A DNA stretch of 64,000 nucleotides from an uncultured Pseudomonadota bacterium (lineage in GTDB: Bacteria; Oederibacteriota; Muellerivitia; Muellerivitales; Muellerivitaceae): contig CAVYRH010000004.1 of the NCBI GenBank assembly GCA_963770835.1, forward strand, positions 32,001 to 96,000, written 5' to 3'. Below are positions 27,119 through 36,395 of the stretch, one piece after another. How positions within the stretch are numbered: the first letter of the stretch is position 1; each line of letters starts with the position of its first letter. The translations under genes and the position numbers were made by a program. Under the pieces are notes generated by a model. The model saw only the letters and a list, made by a program, of their open reading frames with translations. It did not search any database and was not told where the DNA came from.

Positions 27119-28114
27119 ATGCATCGAACTTCCCGATGGCAATGGGCGCTTTTAACGGTTTTCTTGAGCGCCTCAGCCGCCCTAGCCGACCCGCCTTCAT
27201 TTTTACAACTCCAACAAGATATTCCCCTGCCGGGGGACACTTCCCGCTTCGATTACCAAAGTTTCGACCCGCAGACGAGGCTTCTTTATATTTCCCACAT
27301 GGGCGCCGGACAAATCATTCTTTTCAACACCCAGACCGGCAGCGTGCAGGCCGTCCTCCCGGGCTTTCCGGGGGTGACGGGCCTCTTGGCGGTGCCCGAA
27401 CTTCACCGGCTTTTTGCCAGCGTGACCGGCCGCCACGAAGTGGACGTGATCGATACGCAGACCCTCAAAACCCTGGCCCACATCCCGGCCGGGAATTTCC
27501 CGGATGGCATGGCTTACGATCCTGATTTGCGCCAGGTTTACGTTTCGGACGAGAGAGGCGGCGAGGAGATCGTCATTGACGCCGTCAAAAACAAACGAAT
27601 GACCTATATCAAGACGGAAGGCGAAGTGGGGAACACCTGTTACGACTCCGGAAGCCGCCGCATCTTCGCCAACATCCAGACCCGCAATGAATTGGCCGTC
27701 ATCAACCCCGAAACCCGGAAGGTCCTGCTGCGCTACTCCCTCCAGGGCGGCAGGCACCCCCACGGCCTTTGTCTGGATCCCACTTCCCGCCTGGCTTTTA
27801 TCGGCTGTGACGGCGACGCCAAACTCGTGGTGGTGGACATGGACAAGTTCGACGAAATCGGCGTGTCGGACGTGGGGAAGGGGCCGGATGTCCTGACTTT
27901 CGACCCCCAACTGGGGTACCTCTATGTGGCCTCGGAATCCGGGATCGTTTCCGTCTTCCGGGTGAGGGACCGTAAAATCGAAAAAATCGGCGACTTCCCG
28001 GTAGGGTCCAACGCCCACTCGGTGGCGGTGGATCCCAAAACCCATTTCGTTTATTTCCCCCTGCGCAAGGAAGGCCCGGGGCCGGTGTTGCGCGTCATGA
28101 AGCCGGCGAATTAG
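27119..28114 (+). CDS. Secreted YncE/YVTN-type beta-propeller protein
   Basis: Signal peptide; repeated PDG/PHG...DP blades. Confidence 0.8.
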   Translation: MHRTSRWQWALLTVFLSASAALADPPSFLQLQQDIPLPGDTSRFDYQSFDPQTRLLYISHMGAGQIILFNTQTGSVQAVLPGFPGVTGLLAVPELHRLFASVTGRHEVDVIDTQTLKTLAHIPAGNFPDGMAYDPDLRQVYVSDERGGEEIVIDAVKNKRMTYIKTEGEVGNTCYDSGSRRIFANIQTRNELAVINPETRKVLLRYSLQGGRHPHGLCLDPTSRLAFIGCDGDAKLVVVDMDKFDEIGVSDVGKGPDVLTFDPQLGYLYVASESGIVSVFRVRDRKIEKIGDFPVGSNAHSVAVDPKTHFVYFPLRKEGPGPVLRVMKPAN

Positions 28115-28138
28115 TTTTTTATCCGGGAACCGCTTCCC

Positions 28139-28489
28139 TCAAAACTCCAGATGGACCTTCTGTCCGGTGGAATACCACCAAACCAGGTAAGCATCGTAAA
28201 GCAGGAAAACCAGGAGGTAGCCGACCAGAAATCCGCATCTTTCGGGCCAGATTTTCCACATTGAGAAAGCGGCGAAAGCCGTCAATACAGGAAGAAGGAT
28301 AAGCCCCGCGTCCGGTAGGAGGACATAGGCCAGGATCATGGGAGCGCCGAATAAAAAGCCCATGACTCCATTATCCATCAATCCCCCCAAGTGCAGCGTA
28401 TCAGCGACCCAGGACAACGAGGCCCCCAGGAGAACATAGAAAAAAGGAAAAACCAGGATCGAATTGGCGGCCATTATCCATTTTTTCAT
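28139..28489 (-). CDS. Hypothetical membrane protein
   Basis: AGGAG RBS; hydrophobic 116-aa ORF downstream of aas. Confidence 0.6.
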   Translation of the reverse strand: MKKWIMAANSILVFPFFYVLLGASLSWVADTLHLGGLMDNGVMGFLFGAPMILAYVLLPDAGLILLPVLTAFAAFSMWKIWPERCGFLVGYLLVFLLYDAYLVWWYSTGQKVHLEF

Positions 28490-28561
28490 TTCAACGCTCC
28501 TTTTTGAATCAGTCCAGCCAACATTTGAAAAAAAACTTCCAATAAAAATCATGGTGAAAGC

Positions 28562-31500
28562 CTAGGCATGGACAAGGTCCAAGGCGGTGTTCCTCAAGGC
28601 TTTCAAATCCAACTTGCCCGATCCCAGGTAGGGAATGGATTCAACAAAGTAAAAACCATCCTTCTTGGGCACCCAGAGCTTGGGCAGATTGGTTTGAGAG
28701 AGCTGGCCCCAAAGCTCCTCGGGTTTGAGGACCGGATGGGTGTAAAGAACCACCAGCTTCTCGCCCTTTTGTTCGTCGGGCACCGAAGTGACCGCGCAGG
28801 CATATTCCCCCAGCAGGCCCATCAGGGCCTCCTCGATCCTGCCGTGGGGCACCATCTCGCCGCCGATCTTAGAAAAGCGGGAAAGCCGGTCGGTGATCTT
28901 GATGAAACCGTCCTCGTCCACCAGGGCGATATCGCCCGTCTTGTACCAACCGTTATCCACCACCTCGGCGGTTTTCCCGGGTTGGTTGAGGTAGCCCACC
29001 ATCCTGTTGGAGCCCTTGACGAGCAGAAGCCCCTCTTTGTTCACGCCCAAAACCTCACCAGAGTCCGGATCCACCACCTTCACAGCCACGCCCGGTAGGG
29101 GATGGCCCACGGTGCCGGGTTTTAACCTCGCGGTTTTCCGGTTGGGGCTGGAGGGGAAATCCGGCATATTGACCGAGACCACCGGCGACATCTCCGTGGT
29201 GCCGTAGCCCTCCATCAAATCCAACCCGTATTTTTCCTTGAAGTCCCTGGCGATCGAATCCCGCAGCTTTTCCGCACCCACCACCGCGAAACGCACGGTG
29301 GCGAAACTCTCCTTGGGGCATTTGCGCGTATAGGCGGAATAAAATGTGGGAGTGCTGATGATAATCGTGACTTTGTACTTGGCCACGAGCTCCCCGATGA
29401 CCTTGGCGTCCAGGGGATTGGGGTGGTAGGCCACACCGAAACCACCGATCAAGGGCAGCCAGAGGGTGCCCATGTAGCCGAAGGAATGGAAGAAGGGAAG
29501 CACGCCCAGGATGCGGTCCTTGTTCGTAACCCAGAAGATTTGCTCGACCGATTCCAGGTTGGACAGCACGTTGTAATGGGAGAGCATGACGCCCTTGGGG
29601 GTTCCGGTGGACCCGGAGGAAAAGATGACCGTAGCCAGGTCATCGGGCTTGACCCGGTGAAGGCCCAGGGTCCGTTTCAGGATGAAAGTGGGCAGGAGGA
29701 AGGCCTTGAGAAAGGCGGAGGTTTTTTCCCAACCCGAGAATCCTTTCATCACCTCTTCCAAGTAAACCATGCCCGGCAATTCCTCCAGGCCCGCCTTCTG
29801 GAGGAACAACTTGGAGGTGAGGATGGTTTGAAGACCGCATTCCTTTGCGGCCACTTCCATGGCCTCGCGGCCCGCGGTGAAATTCAGGTTCACCGCCGTC
29901 TTGCCCGCCAGGGAAACTCCCAGGTTGGCCAGGGCCCCACCGATCGAGGAAGGAAGCAAAAGACCCACCTTGTCCCCGGGACAATGTTTTTTCACCCATT
30001 GCGCCATCAACATTCCGCCCGTCAGGGTTTGACCGAAACTCAGTTCCTTCCCCGTAGAATCGGCCATGGCGAAGGAAAACCAGCTTCTCTTGGCGTTTTT
30101 AATGAAACGGTTGGGCAAAATGCTGTCCGGTGTTTTGCGGTGTTCGGTAGCGTCCGCGCCCAATTCCTGAACGGCCTGGCGGACCTCCCCCGCGTTGCTG
30201 GTTCCGGGGATGGGCTTGCCGAATGAAACGGTGACAGGATATGGGATTTGCCTCGGCCATTTGAAAAAGAAGCGCCCATCCTTGAAGCTGAAGACGCTTC
30301 CCCAAAGCCGGTCCAGGTGGACGGGGATAATCGGGGCGTCGATGTCTTTCATGATGCGTTCCAAACCCTTCTTAAAGGGCATGAGATTGCCCGTGGGGGT
30401 AATGCCCCCTTCGGCGAAGATACAAACCAGTTCGCCTTCCTTCAGGCGGTTTCGGGCTTCCTCGATGCTCTGGAGGACTTCTTCCTTGGTGCGGTTGGTG
30501 GTCGGGATGGCCTTTACCTTCTTGAAAACCCAGTGGAACCACTTGTTCTCGTAAATGGGCTTATAGACCATGAAACGCACGAAGCGGTTGGAGGTGGTGC
30601 CCACCAAAAGGCCATCCACCCAGGAGATATGGTTGCAAACCAAGAGGGCGGGGCCTTCCTTGGGCAGGTTCTCCAAACCCACCGGTTTGACCCGGTAGAG
30701 GGTATTGGTGAGGGCCCAAAGGACGAAGCGGATGAAAAAGTCCGGGAGAATGGTCAGGATATAGGCCGTCCCCAGGAGGCTTAAGATTCCCATGGCCAGG
30801 ATGCTCTGGTCGGGGGAAAGGCGAAGAGGACCTCCCAAGAACCAGGTCAGTCCGGCGGCGATCAAGACCCCGATGGTATTAACGAAGTTGTTGGTGGCGA
30901 GTACCCGGCCCTTCTCCTCCTTTTCCGCCCTTTGCTGGAGCAGGGCGTTCAGGGGTACGGCATAAAGGCCGCCGGAAAGACCGAGGAGCGCCAGCGTGGC
31001 GAAGGTCCCGTAAAAGGAATGTCGGCAAAAGGCGAAAAGGAGCATGGAGAAGATCCCCATGCCGATGGAACCCACAGGGATGAGGCCCAGTTCCACCCGG
31101 TCGCCGGAAAGCCGTCCGGCCCAGAGGCTGCCGAAACCGATGCCAAGGGCCAGGAAGGTGCCCAAGACGGCGGTGGTGGAATCACCCAAGCCCATCACCT
31201 CCTTGCCCAAGAGGGGAATGGCCCCCTGCATGAAGGCACCCAGAAGCCAGAAGTAGGAAATACCCACGACCGTCAACCACATAGCGCGATCTTTTTTCAA
31301 ATCCTTGGCGCCCTCCCAAACCTCGTGGAAGGGATTCAACTTGAAGGCCTTCCGGGAGCCCGAGGGTTTCACCTTCGTGATGCCCAAACTTAAGAGGGCG
31401 CCCACGACCGCCACGGCGACCAGGACCAGGTTCAGCTTGCCGGGGTCCCCTTTCCAATGGGCGAAAAGAAGTCCGCCCAGGAAGGTGCCCAGGATAATGG

Positions 31501-31963
31501 CCATGAAAGTGGTCATCTCCAAGAGGCCGTTGGCGCGGGACAGGTCCTCTTCGGGAACGGCTTCCGGGAGAAAGCCGTACTTGGCCGGGGAAAAGAAAGT
31601 AGAGTGGAGACCCAACAGAAAGACCACTCCCAACATGAGGATCAGGTTTCCGGAGACCATGGCGAAATAACCCAGGATCATGGAAAGAATCTCGAAGAGC
31701 TTGACCGCGATCATGACCGCGCGCTTGGAATAAACGTCCGCCAGCCATCCCGAATAGCCGGAAAAGAAGAGGAAGGGAAGAATGAAAGCCCCCTGGGCCA
31801 GGGCCACGTAAAGGCTGCCTTGTCCAGGAGCCTTGTCCAAGGCGGTCATGATGATGATGAACTTGAAGACGTTGTCGTTGAAGGCTTCCAGGAACTGGGT
31901 CCAGAGGAAGGCCTGGAAGCCCCAGGACTTCAGAAGGTCGGAATATTTGCCGTGGGACATCAT
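28562..31963 (-). CDS. aas: LplT-type MFS / acyltransferase / acyl-ACP synthetase fusion
   Basis: TQFLEAFNDN MFS motif; CNHISWVD and FAEG PlsC motifs; FSSGSTGTPKG, EGYGTTE, YKTGD and SRFSKIGGE AMP-binding motifs. Confidence 0.92.
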   Translation of the reverse strand: MMSHGKYSDLLKSWGFQAFLWTQFLEAFNDNVFKFIIIMTALDKAPGQGSLYVALAQGAFILPFLFFSGYSGWLADVYSKRAVMIAVKLFEILSMILGYFAMVSGNLILMLGVVFLLGLHSTFFSPAKYGFLPEAVPEEDLSRANGLLEMTTFMAIILGTFLGGLLFAHWKGDPGKLNLVLVAVAVVGALLSLGITKVKPSGSRKAFKLNPFHEVWEGAKDLKKDRAMWLTVVGISYFWLLGAFMQGAIPLLGKEVMGLGDSTTAVLGTFLALGIGFGSLWAGRLSGDRVELGLIPVGSIGMGIFSMLLFAFCRHSFYGTFATLALLGLSGGLYAVPLNALLQQRAEKEEKGRVLATNNFVNTIGVLIAAGLTWFLGGPLRLSPDQSILAMGILSLLGTAYILTILPDFFIRFVLWALTNTLYRVKPVGLENLPKEGPALLVCNHISWVDGLLVGTTSNRFVRFMVYKPIYENKWFHWVFKKVKAIPTTNRTKEEVLQSIEEARNRLKEGELVCIFAEGGITPTGNLMPFKKGLERIMKDIDAPIIPVHLDRLWGSVFSFKDGRFFFKWPRQIPYPVTVSFGKPIPGTSNAGEVRQAVQELGADATEHRKTPDSILPNRFIKNAKRSWFSFAMADSTGKELSFGQTLTGGMLMAQWVKKHCPGDKVGLLLPSSIGGALANLGVSLAGKTAVNLNFTAGREAMEVAAKECGLQTILTSKLFLQKAGLEELPGMVYLEEVMKGFSGWEKTSAFLKAFLLPTFILKRTLGLHRVKPDDLATVIFSSGSTGTPKGVMLSHYNVLSNLESVEQIFWVTNKDRILGVLPFFHSFGYMGTLWLPLIGGFGVAYHPNPLDAKVIGELVAKYKVTIIISTPTFYSAYTRKCPKESFATVRFAVVGAEKLRDSIARDFKEKYGLDLMEGYGTTEMSPVVSVNMPDFPSSPNRKTARLKPGTVGHPLPGVAVKVVDPDSGEVLGVNKEGLLLVKGSNRMVGYLNQPGKTAEVVDNGWYKTGDIALVDEDGFIKITDRLSRFSKIGGEMVPHGRIEEALMGLLGEYACAVTSVPDEQKGEKLVVLYTHPVLKPEELWGQLSQTNLPKLWVPKKDGFYFVESIPYLGSGKLDLKALRNTALDLVHA

Positions 31964-31970
31964 CGCCTCC

Positions 31971-32537
31971 TTAAGCCGCGATCATTTTGAAGCAGGTGTC
32001 CGTCACTTCATCCACTATCTCCCGCAGATCGCGGGTGATCCATTCGGAGCGCCTGAAAAAGGGAACCCGGATGATGGCGCCGAAGACCATGGCGGCCGCC
32101 AAATGGGTTTCCATCGGGCGGACCTCCCCATTTTTTTGACCTTCCTCGATCACCTGGACCATCAGGTTGATGGGGGTGCGGTAGTCCTCCCCCATGCGCC
32201 GGGCCGCGCTGTGCTCGGTCAGTAATAGGAAGGAACAAAGGGTGGGGTCGGTTTCGTAAAGGTTGAAACCGGCCTCCACCATGGAGCGGATCTTCCCCTT
32301 GGCGGTGGTTTCCTTGGCGAGGCCCTCCTCCAACTGTTTCATAAATATTAAGAGGTTCTCGTGGAAGAGGTGCCAGGCCATGTCCTCCTTGCTTTCAAAG
32401 TGGCGGAACATGGTGCCTTCCCCGGCATTGGCCAGCTGGGCGATTTCCCGGGTGGTGGTACCCTCGATGCCTTTTTCCACGAAAAGCTTGAGGGCGGCAT
32501 CTAGGACGTGTTGTCGCTTGGTGATGGTTCTTGACAT
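31971..32537 (-). CDS. TetR family regulator
   Basis: VLDAALKLFVEKGIEGTTTREIAQLANAGEGTMFRHFESKE. Confidence 0.92.
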   Translation of the reverse strand: MSRTITKRQHVLDAALKLFVEKGIEGTTTREIAQLANAGEGTMFRHFESKEDMAWHLFHENLLIFMKQLEEGLAKETTAKGKIRSMVEAGFNLYETDPTLCSFLLLTEHSAARRMGEDYRTPINLMVQVIEEGQKNGEVRPMETHLAAAMVFGAIIRVPFFRRSEWITRDLREIVDEVTDTCFKMIAA

Positions 32538-32566
32538 AGGACTTATTCCCCTGTATTATTAATTTA

Positions 32567-32588
32567 AATGAGCGGTTACTCACTCATT
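32567..32588. promoter_or_regulatory. Candidate TetR operator
   Basis: AATGAGCGGTTACTCACTCATT, an imperfect palindrome upstream of tetR-aas. Confidence 0.5.
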
Positions 32589-32630
32589 ATATACAAAGCA
32601 CTTAAACTGTCAAGATCAAATGAAAAGAAA

Positions 32631-32691
32631 TGTAGGGGCGGCCCTCTGAAGCCGCCCAAGTCTGGGGCAGGCACAGAGGCCTGCCCCTACA
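32631..32691. repeat. GTAG-type REP doublet
   Basis: TGTAGGGGCGGCC...GGCCTGCCCCTACA, homologous to 5884-5965. Confidence 0.8.
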
Positions 32692-32717
32692 CAGACAAAG
32701 ATTTCGGCGAGGACCAA

Positions 32718-33491
32718 ATGAAAATTGGAAAAAAGCCTTTTGAAGAGAGATGGTTTAAGACCCGGGATGGGGTCGACATCGCCGCCAATTTTTATCGGGG
32801 GAATAAGGGGGGAGGACGGCTGATCATCCTGGCCCCTGGTTTCGGCAAGTACAAGGATGCCCCACCCATGGGCGAGCTTTGCGGGGAGTTGTCCCAATAC
32901 GGGGATGTTCTTTGCGTGGACTTCCGAGGGGTGGGCAAAAGCCAAGGCCGCTACGGCTTTGGAGCCCGCGAGCACTACGACCTGGAGGTCCTTTTGAAGT
33001 GGGGTCGGAAGTACCGCCAAAGGATCCTCGTCGGCCTTTCCATGGGTTCCTATTACTCCCTGCGGGCGGCCGACGATTTCCCAAACCTCGTGGACCGGCT
33101 GTTCCTTGTTTCCGTTCCGACCCGGATGGAAGACGTCCTGAAGACCCTGGGGCCCTTGCGGCAATCCTGGGCCATCGCCACCCATCCTCAAACCCTGGTG
33201 AGCCGCCTGACCTCCCCCCACGATTTTTTCTTCCATTGGGACTACCCCTTCCGCCCTAAACCGGATGGCGCCGACCTGGCCCGGCGGCTGAAGGCGCCCG
33301 CTTTCTTCCTGGTCGGGGGCAAAGACCGGCTGGTGGTGAAGGAGCTAAGCCGGAGGATCTACGACAACGCGTCGAAAGAAAAAAGCTGGACCGAAATCCC
33401 GGAAGGGAACCACGCGGAGTTTATTTACGTGGAAAACCGCGGGAAGTTCAACCAATGGCTTAGTGCAAATTTAAAGGGAAAAACCAAGTGA
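32718..33491 (+). CDS. Alpha/beta hydrolase
   Basis: GAGG RBS; DFRGVGKS, GLSMG, GGKD and GNH motifs. Confidence 0.85.
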   Translation: MKIGKKPFEERWFKTRDGVDIAANFYRGNKGGGRLIILAPGFGKYKDAPPMGELCGELSQYGDVLCVDFRGVGKSQGRYGFGAREHYDLEVLLKWGRKYRQRILVGLSMGSYYSLRAADDFPNLVDRLFLVSVPTRMEDVLKTLGPLRQSWAIATHPQTLVSRLTSPHDFFFHWDYPFRPKPDGADLARRLKAPAFFLVGGKDRLVVKELSRRIYDNASKEKSWTEIPEGNHAEFIYVENRGKFNQWLSANLKGKTK

Positions 33492-34711
33492 AAAAGTGGG
33501 TTGATTTATTTATAGGGATAGGTTTCTATTTACTTTGGAAATTCATCAGTTCCAAGTTGAATGTCTTTGTTGCCTACACAGCCTCCATTCCCTTGTACAT
33601 CATCTTTTTTGCCCTTCTTTTGATTTGGTCCGTCATACGCAAGAACAGCGCCAGCCTTGTTGGCCTAGTGGTGGCGGCCTTGGTTCCACTGATCCTCAAA
33701 TTTCAGCCCGGCGAGGGAAAACTAGGAATCTTTTTCTTCTTCCTGGCGATTTTGTTTTGCTTGTGGCAATTTTTCGGGGAACCCCTTCTCCCCAAGGCGG
33801 CTCCGCGAAAGAAGAAGGGGAAGCCGAAAGAAGCCCAGCCGGGACCCACTCGCTGGGGTTTGCTGGGTCGAGCCGGAGCCCTAGCCTTTTTGCTTTTGGC
33901 GGGCGCACGGGAAAGCGACCTCATCGTCTCCAAGCTCTACTTCGTGCCTTGGCCCATCTATTCCGATTACGCTTATCCCGCCGGGGTGGAGAAGGTTGAT
34001 TTCAAAAGCCTGGATGGAACCCTGTTGAACGGCTGGTATCTCCATGGCAAATCGCCACTGGCTTCCAAGCGGCCGGTCATCCTCTATATCCATGGAAACG
34101 CGGGGAACATGGCGGCTCAATGGTTCCAATTTAGTTTCCTCATGGATTGGGGTTACGACGTTTTTACTTTCGATTACCGGGGTTTCGGGCTTTCCGAAGG
34201 TCACCCGAGCCGGGAGGGTCTATGGAAAGACACCCAGGCGGCTTTCCAAGAAATGACCTTTCTTGAGCCGGGCCGGAAATACGCGGTCGTGGGCTTTTCC
34301 ATGGGCGGGCCCTACGCGTTGCAACTTGCGGCCCATGAACCCCGAGTTTCTACCGCCGCTTACCTGACCTGCTTCAGTTCATTCCGCGATATCGGGATTT
34401 ATACCTTGAATAATTGGGGAGTTCCCCATTGGCTGGTCCCCGTCCTGGGATGGCTTTTAATCCCCAACGGCCTGGATGCTCAAGATGCAGAGGTTTTGGA
34501 CCCCTTACCTCCTGCCCTCTTTGTCCAAGGCACCTGGGATGGAAATATTCCCTACGACATGACCGAAAAAATCGCCGATCATTACGCCGGGCAACACGAA
34601 TTCCTGCCGATGCCCAATTATCCCCACGGGGATTACTTCAAAGGGCCGCTGGGGGAGAAGTTTCATGATTCGCTGGACCAGCTTTTATTGGGAAAAGGGA
34701 ATAGAAGATGA
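33488..34711 (+). CDS. Membrane-anchored alpha/beta hydrolase (ABHD13-like)
   Basis: N-terminal TM helices; IHGNAGN, DYRGFG and GFSMGG motifs. Confidence 0.85.
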   Translation: MKKWVDLFIGIGFYLLWKFISSKLNVFVAYTASIPLYIIFFALLLIWSVIRKNSASLVGLVVAALVPLILKFQPGEGKLGIFFFFLAILFCLWQFFGEPLLPKAAPRKKKGKPKEAQPGPTRWGLLGRAGALAFLLLAGARESDLIVSKLYFVPWPIYSDYAYPAGVEKVDFKSLDGTLLNGWYLHGKSPLASKRPVILYIHGNAGNMAAQWFQFSFLMDWGYDVFTFDYRGFGLSEGHPSREGLWKDTQAAFQEMTFLEPGRKYAVVGFSMGGPYALQLAAHEPRVSTAAYLTCFSSFRDIGIYTLNNWGVPHWLVPVLGWLLIPNGLDAQDAEVLDPLPPALFVQGTWDGNIPYDMTEKIADHYAGQHEFLPMPNYPHGDYFKGPLGEKFHDSLDQLLLGKGNRR

Positions 34712-35676
34712 AAAAAAGAAAACTTTATTTAATCGGCTTTGGCGCATTGTGTTTCATCGCCGTCAATTGCCTGGCCTATCTGCAGGCTTATCATTTCATT
34801 CATTATTCTTCCGGGGGACAACGGACCGAAAAGCCCGAAAAGATCAACTTTGTTCAAAAACTACAGGTTCTCTTCACGGGAGCCAATATCCCAAGACCGA
34901 AAATCTCCACGACGCCGGGGGATTTAGGATTAAAGGTCGAAACACTCACTTACCCGTCGGAAGACGGATTGAGGCTGTCGGCCTGGTACGTTCCACACGC
35001 CCATCCCAAGGCCATGGTTCTCCTGTTTAACGGACATGACGCCACGAAATCCCAATTGCTTCCCGAGGCAAAAGCCTTTTATGACGCGGGTTACGGTCTC
35101 TTCCTGGTGGATTTCAGGGGTTGTGGGGAGTCGCAAGGAAGCCAATCGAGCTTCGGATATTACGAGGCGCGGGATGTCAAGGCCAGCGTCCTCTACGTCC
35201 AGCACCATTGGCCAGGCGAAAAAATCATCTGCTACGGAAGCTCCTTGGGAAGCTCAGCCATTTTGCACGCCTTTACCCAAGGCCCCATTCCGGCGGACTG
35301 TGTTATTCTGGCCTGCCCTTTTGATGATTTTTACCACACGGTGCGCAACCGGTTTTTTATCCTAGGACTGCCTCCCTTCCCCTTGGTCCATTTCCTGATG
35401 TTTTGGGGTAGCCTTCAATTGGGTTTCAACGGCTACTCCTTCAAGCCCATGGAAGACGCTCGGCTTGTCCACTGCCCGACCCTCCTGCTCTACGGGGCCA
35501 AGGACCACAATGTCCTTCCCGCCGATTCCCTCTCCATTTACAAGAACCTGGGGGGAGTTAAGGAGTCGGAAAATTTCCTGAACTGCGGGCATGAATCCTT
35601 TTTCACAAGGGATCCGATGCAATGGAGGGAAGCGGTTTTCAGGTTCTTGGACCAAAAACTGGGGCTGAAACCTTGA
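34708..35676 (+). CDS. Alpha/beta hydrolase with an N-terminal anchor
   Basis: DFRGCGES, GSSLG, GAKD and CGH motifs. Confidence 0.85.
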   Translation: MKKRKLYLIGFGALCFIAVNCLAYLQAYHFIHYSSGGQRTEKPEKINFVQKLQVLFTGANIPRPKISTTPGDLGLKVETLTYPSEDGLRLSAWYVPHAHPKAMVLLFNGHDATKSQLLPEAKAFYDAGYGLFLVDFRGCGESQGSQSSFGYYEARDVKASVLYVQHHWPGEKIICYGSSLGSSAILHAFTQGPIPADCVILACPFDDFYHTVRNRFFILGLPPFPLVHFLMFWGSLQLGFNGYSFKPMEDARLVHCPTLLLYGAKDHNVLPADSLSIYKNLGGVKESENFLNCGHESFFTRDPMQWREAVFRFLDQKLGLKP

Positions 35677-36266
35677 AAAAAATATTTTTCATTTTGCTTC
35701 TCTTGGCAGCCGTTAGCGCGGAGGGGGCGCCCGCCCTGCAGGAAGGTGACATCGTCTTCCGGAGTGAAAAGGGAAACCTGGCCAGGGCCATCCAATTGGC
35801 CACCCATTCACCCTACAACCACGTGGGGATGGTCTTTATCCGAAAGGGGAAACCTTATGTTTTGGAAGCCGTCCAGCCGGTGCGGTTTACATCCCTTAGT
35901 CGGTGGTGGACGGATGGCACTTGTGCGGCCAAACGTTTGAAAAACTTTAAGGCCGTCTTAACGCCGGAGGTCCTTCAAAAGATGGAGGACATAGCGGAAA
36001 AGAGCGTGGGAAAAAAATACAGTTTCCAGTTTCTTTGGTCGGAGGACAGCTTCTACTGCTCCGGGTTGGTTTGGAAGATTTACTACGACAGCACAAGACT
36101 AGAATTAGGAAAGTTTAAAAAGTTGAAGGAATACGACCTTTCCAGTCCCCTCGTGAAGCGGGAGTTAAAAGGCAAATACGGGTCTTTTATACCGATGGAT
36201 CTGAAGGTTATTTCCCCGGGAGATATATTCCAGTCGGACTTGTTGGATGGGGTCTTATCCCGTTGA
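35673..36266 (+). CDS. YiiX/YebB-like permuted papain-like (NlpC/P60) amidase
   Basis: TTG overlapping the upstream stop; signal peptide; GDIVF, THSPYNHVG and FYCSGLV motifs. Confidence 0.85.
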   Translation: MKKIFFILLLLAAVSAEGAPALQEGDIVFRSEKGNLARAIQLATHSPYNHVGMVFIRKGKPYVLEAVQPVRFTSLSRWWTDGTCAAKRLKNFKAVLTPEVLQKMEDIAEKSVGKKYSFQFLWSEDSFYCSGLVWKIYYDSTRLELGKFKKLKEYDLSSPLVKRELKGKYGSFIPMDLKVISPGDIFQSDLLDGVLSR

Positions 36267-36395
36267 CAAAGATTTAACGGAAGAACGGTTCACTTTCAGC
36301 CAAAACGGTTTTGAAAAACTATCCGGCACAAGGAACCTTTTCTGATAAAGTTTGAACGGTTTGCATAAGCGGAAGACGAGACCAGGAGGCGCGAT

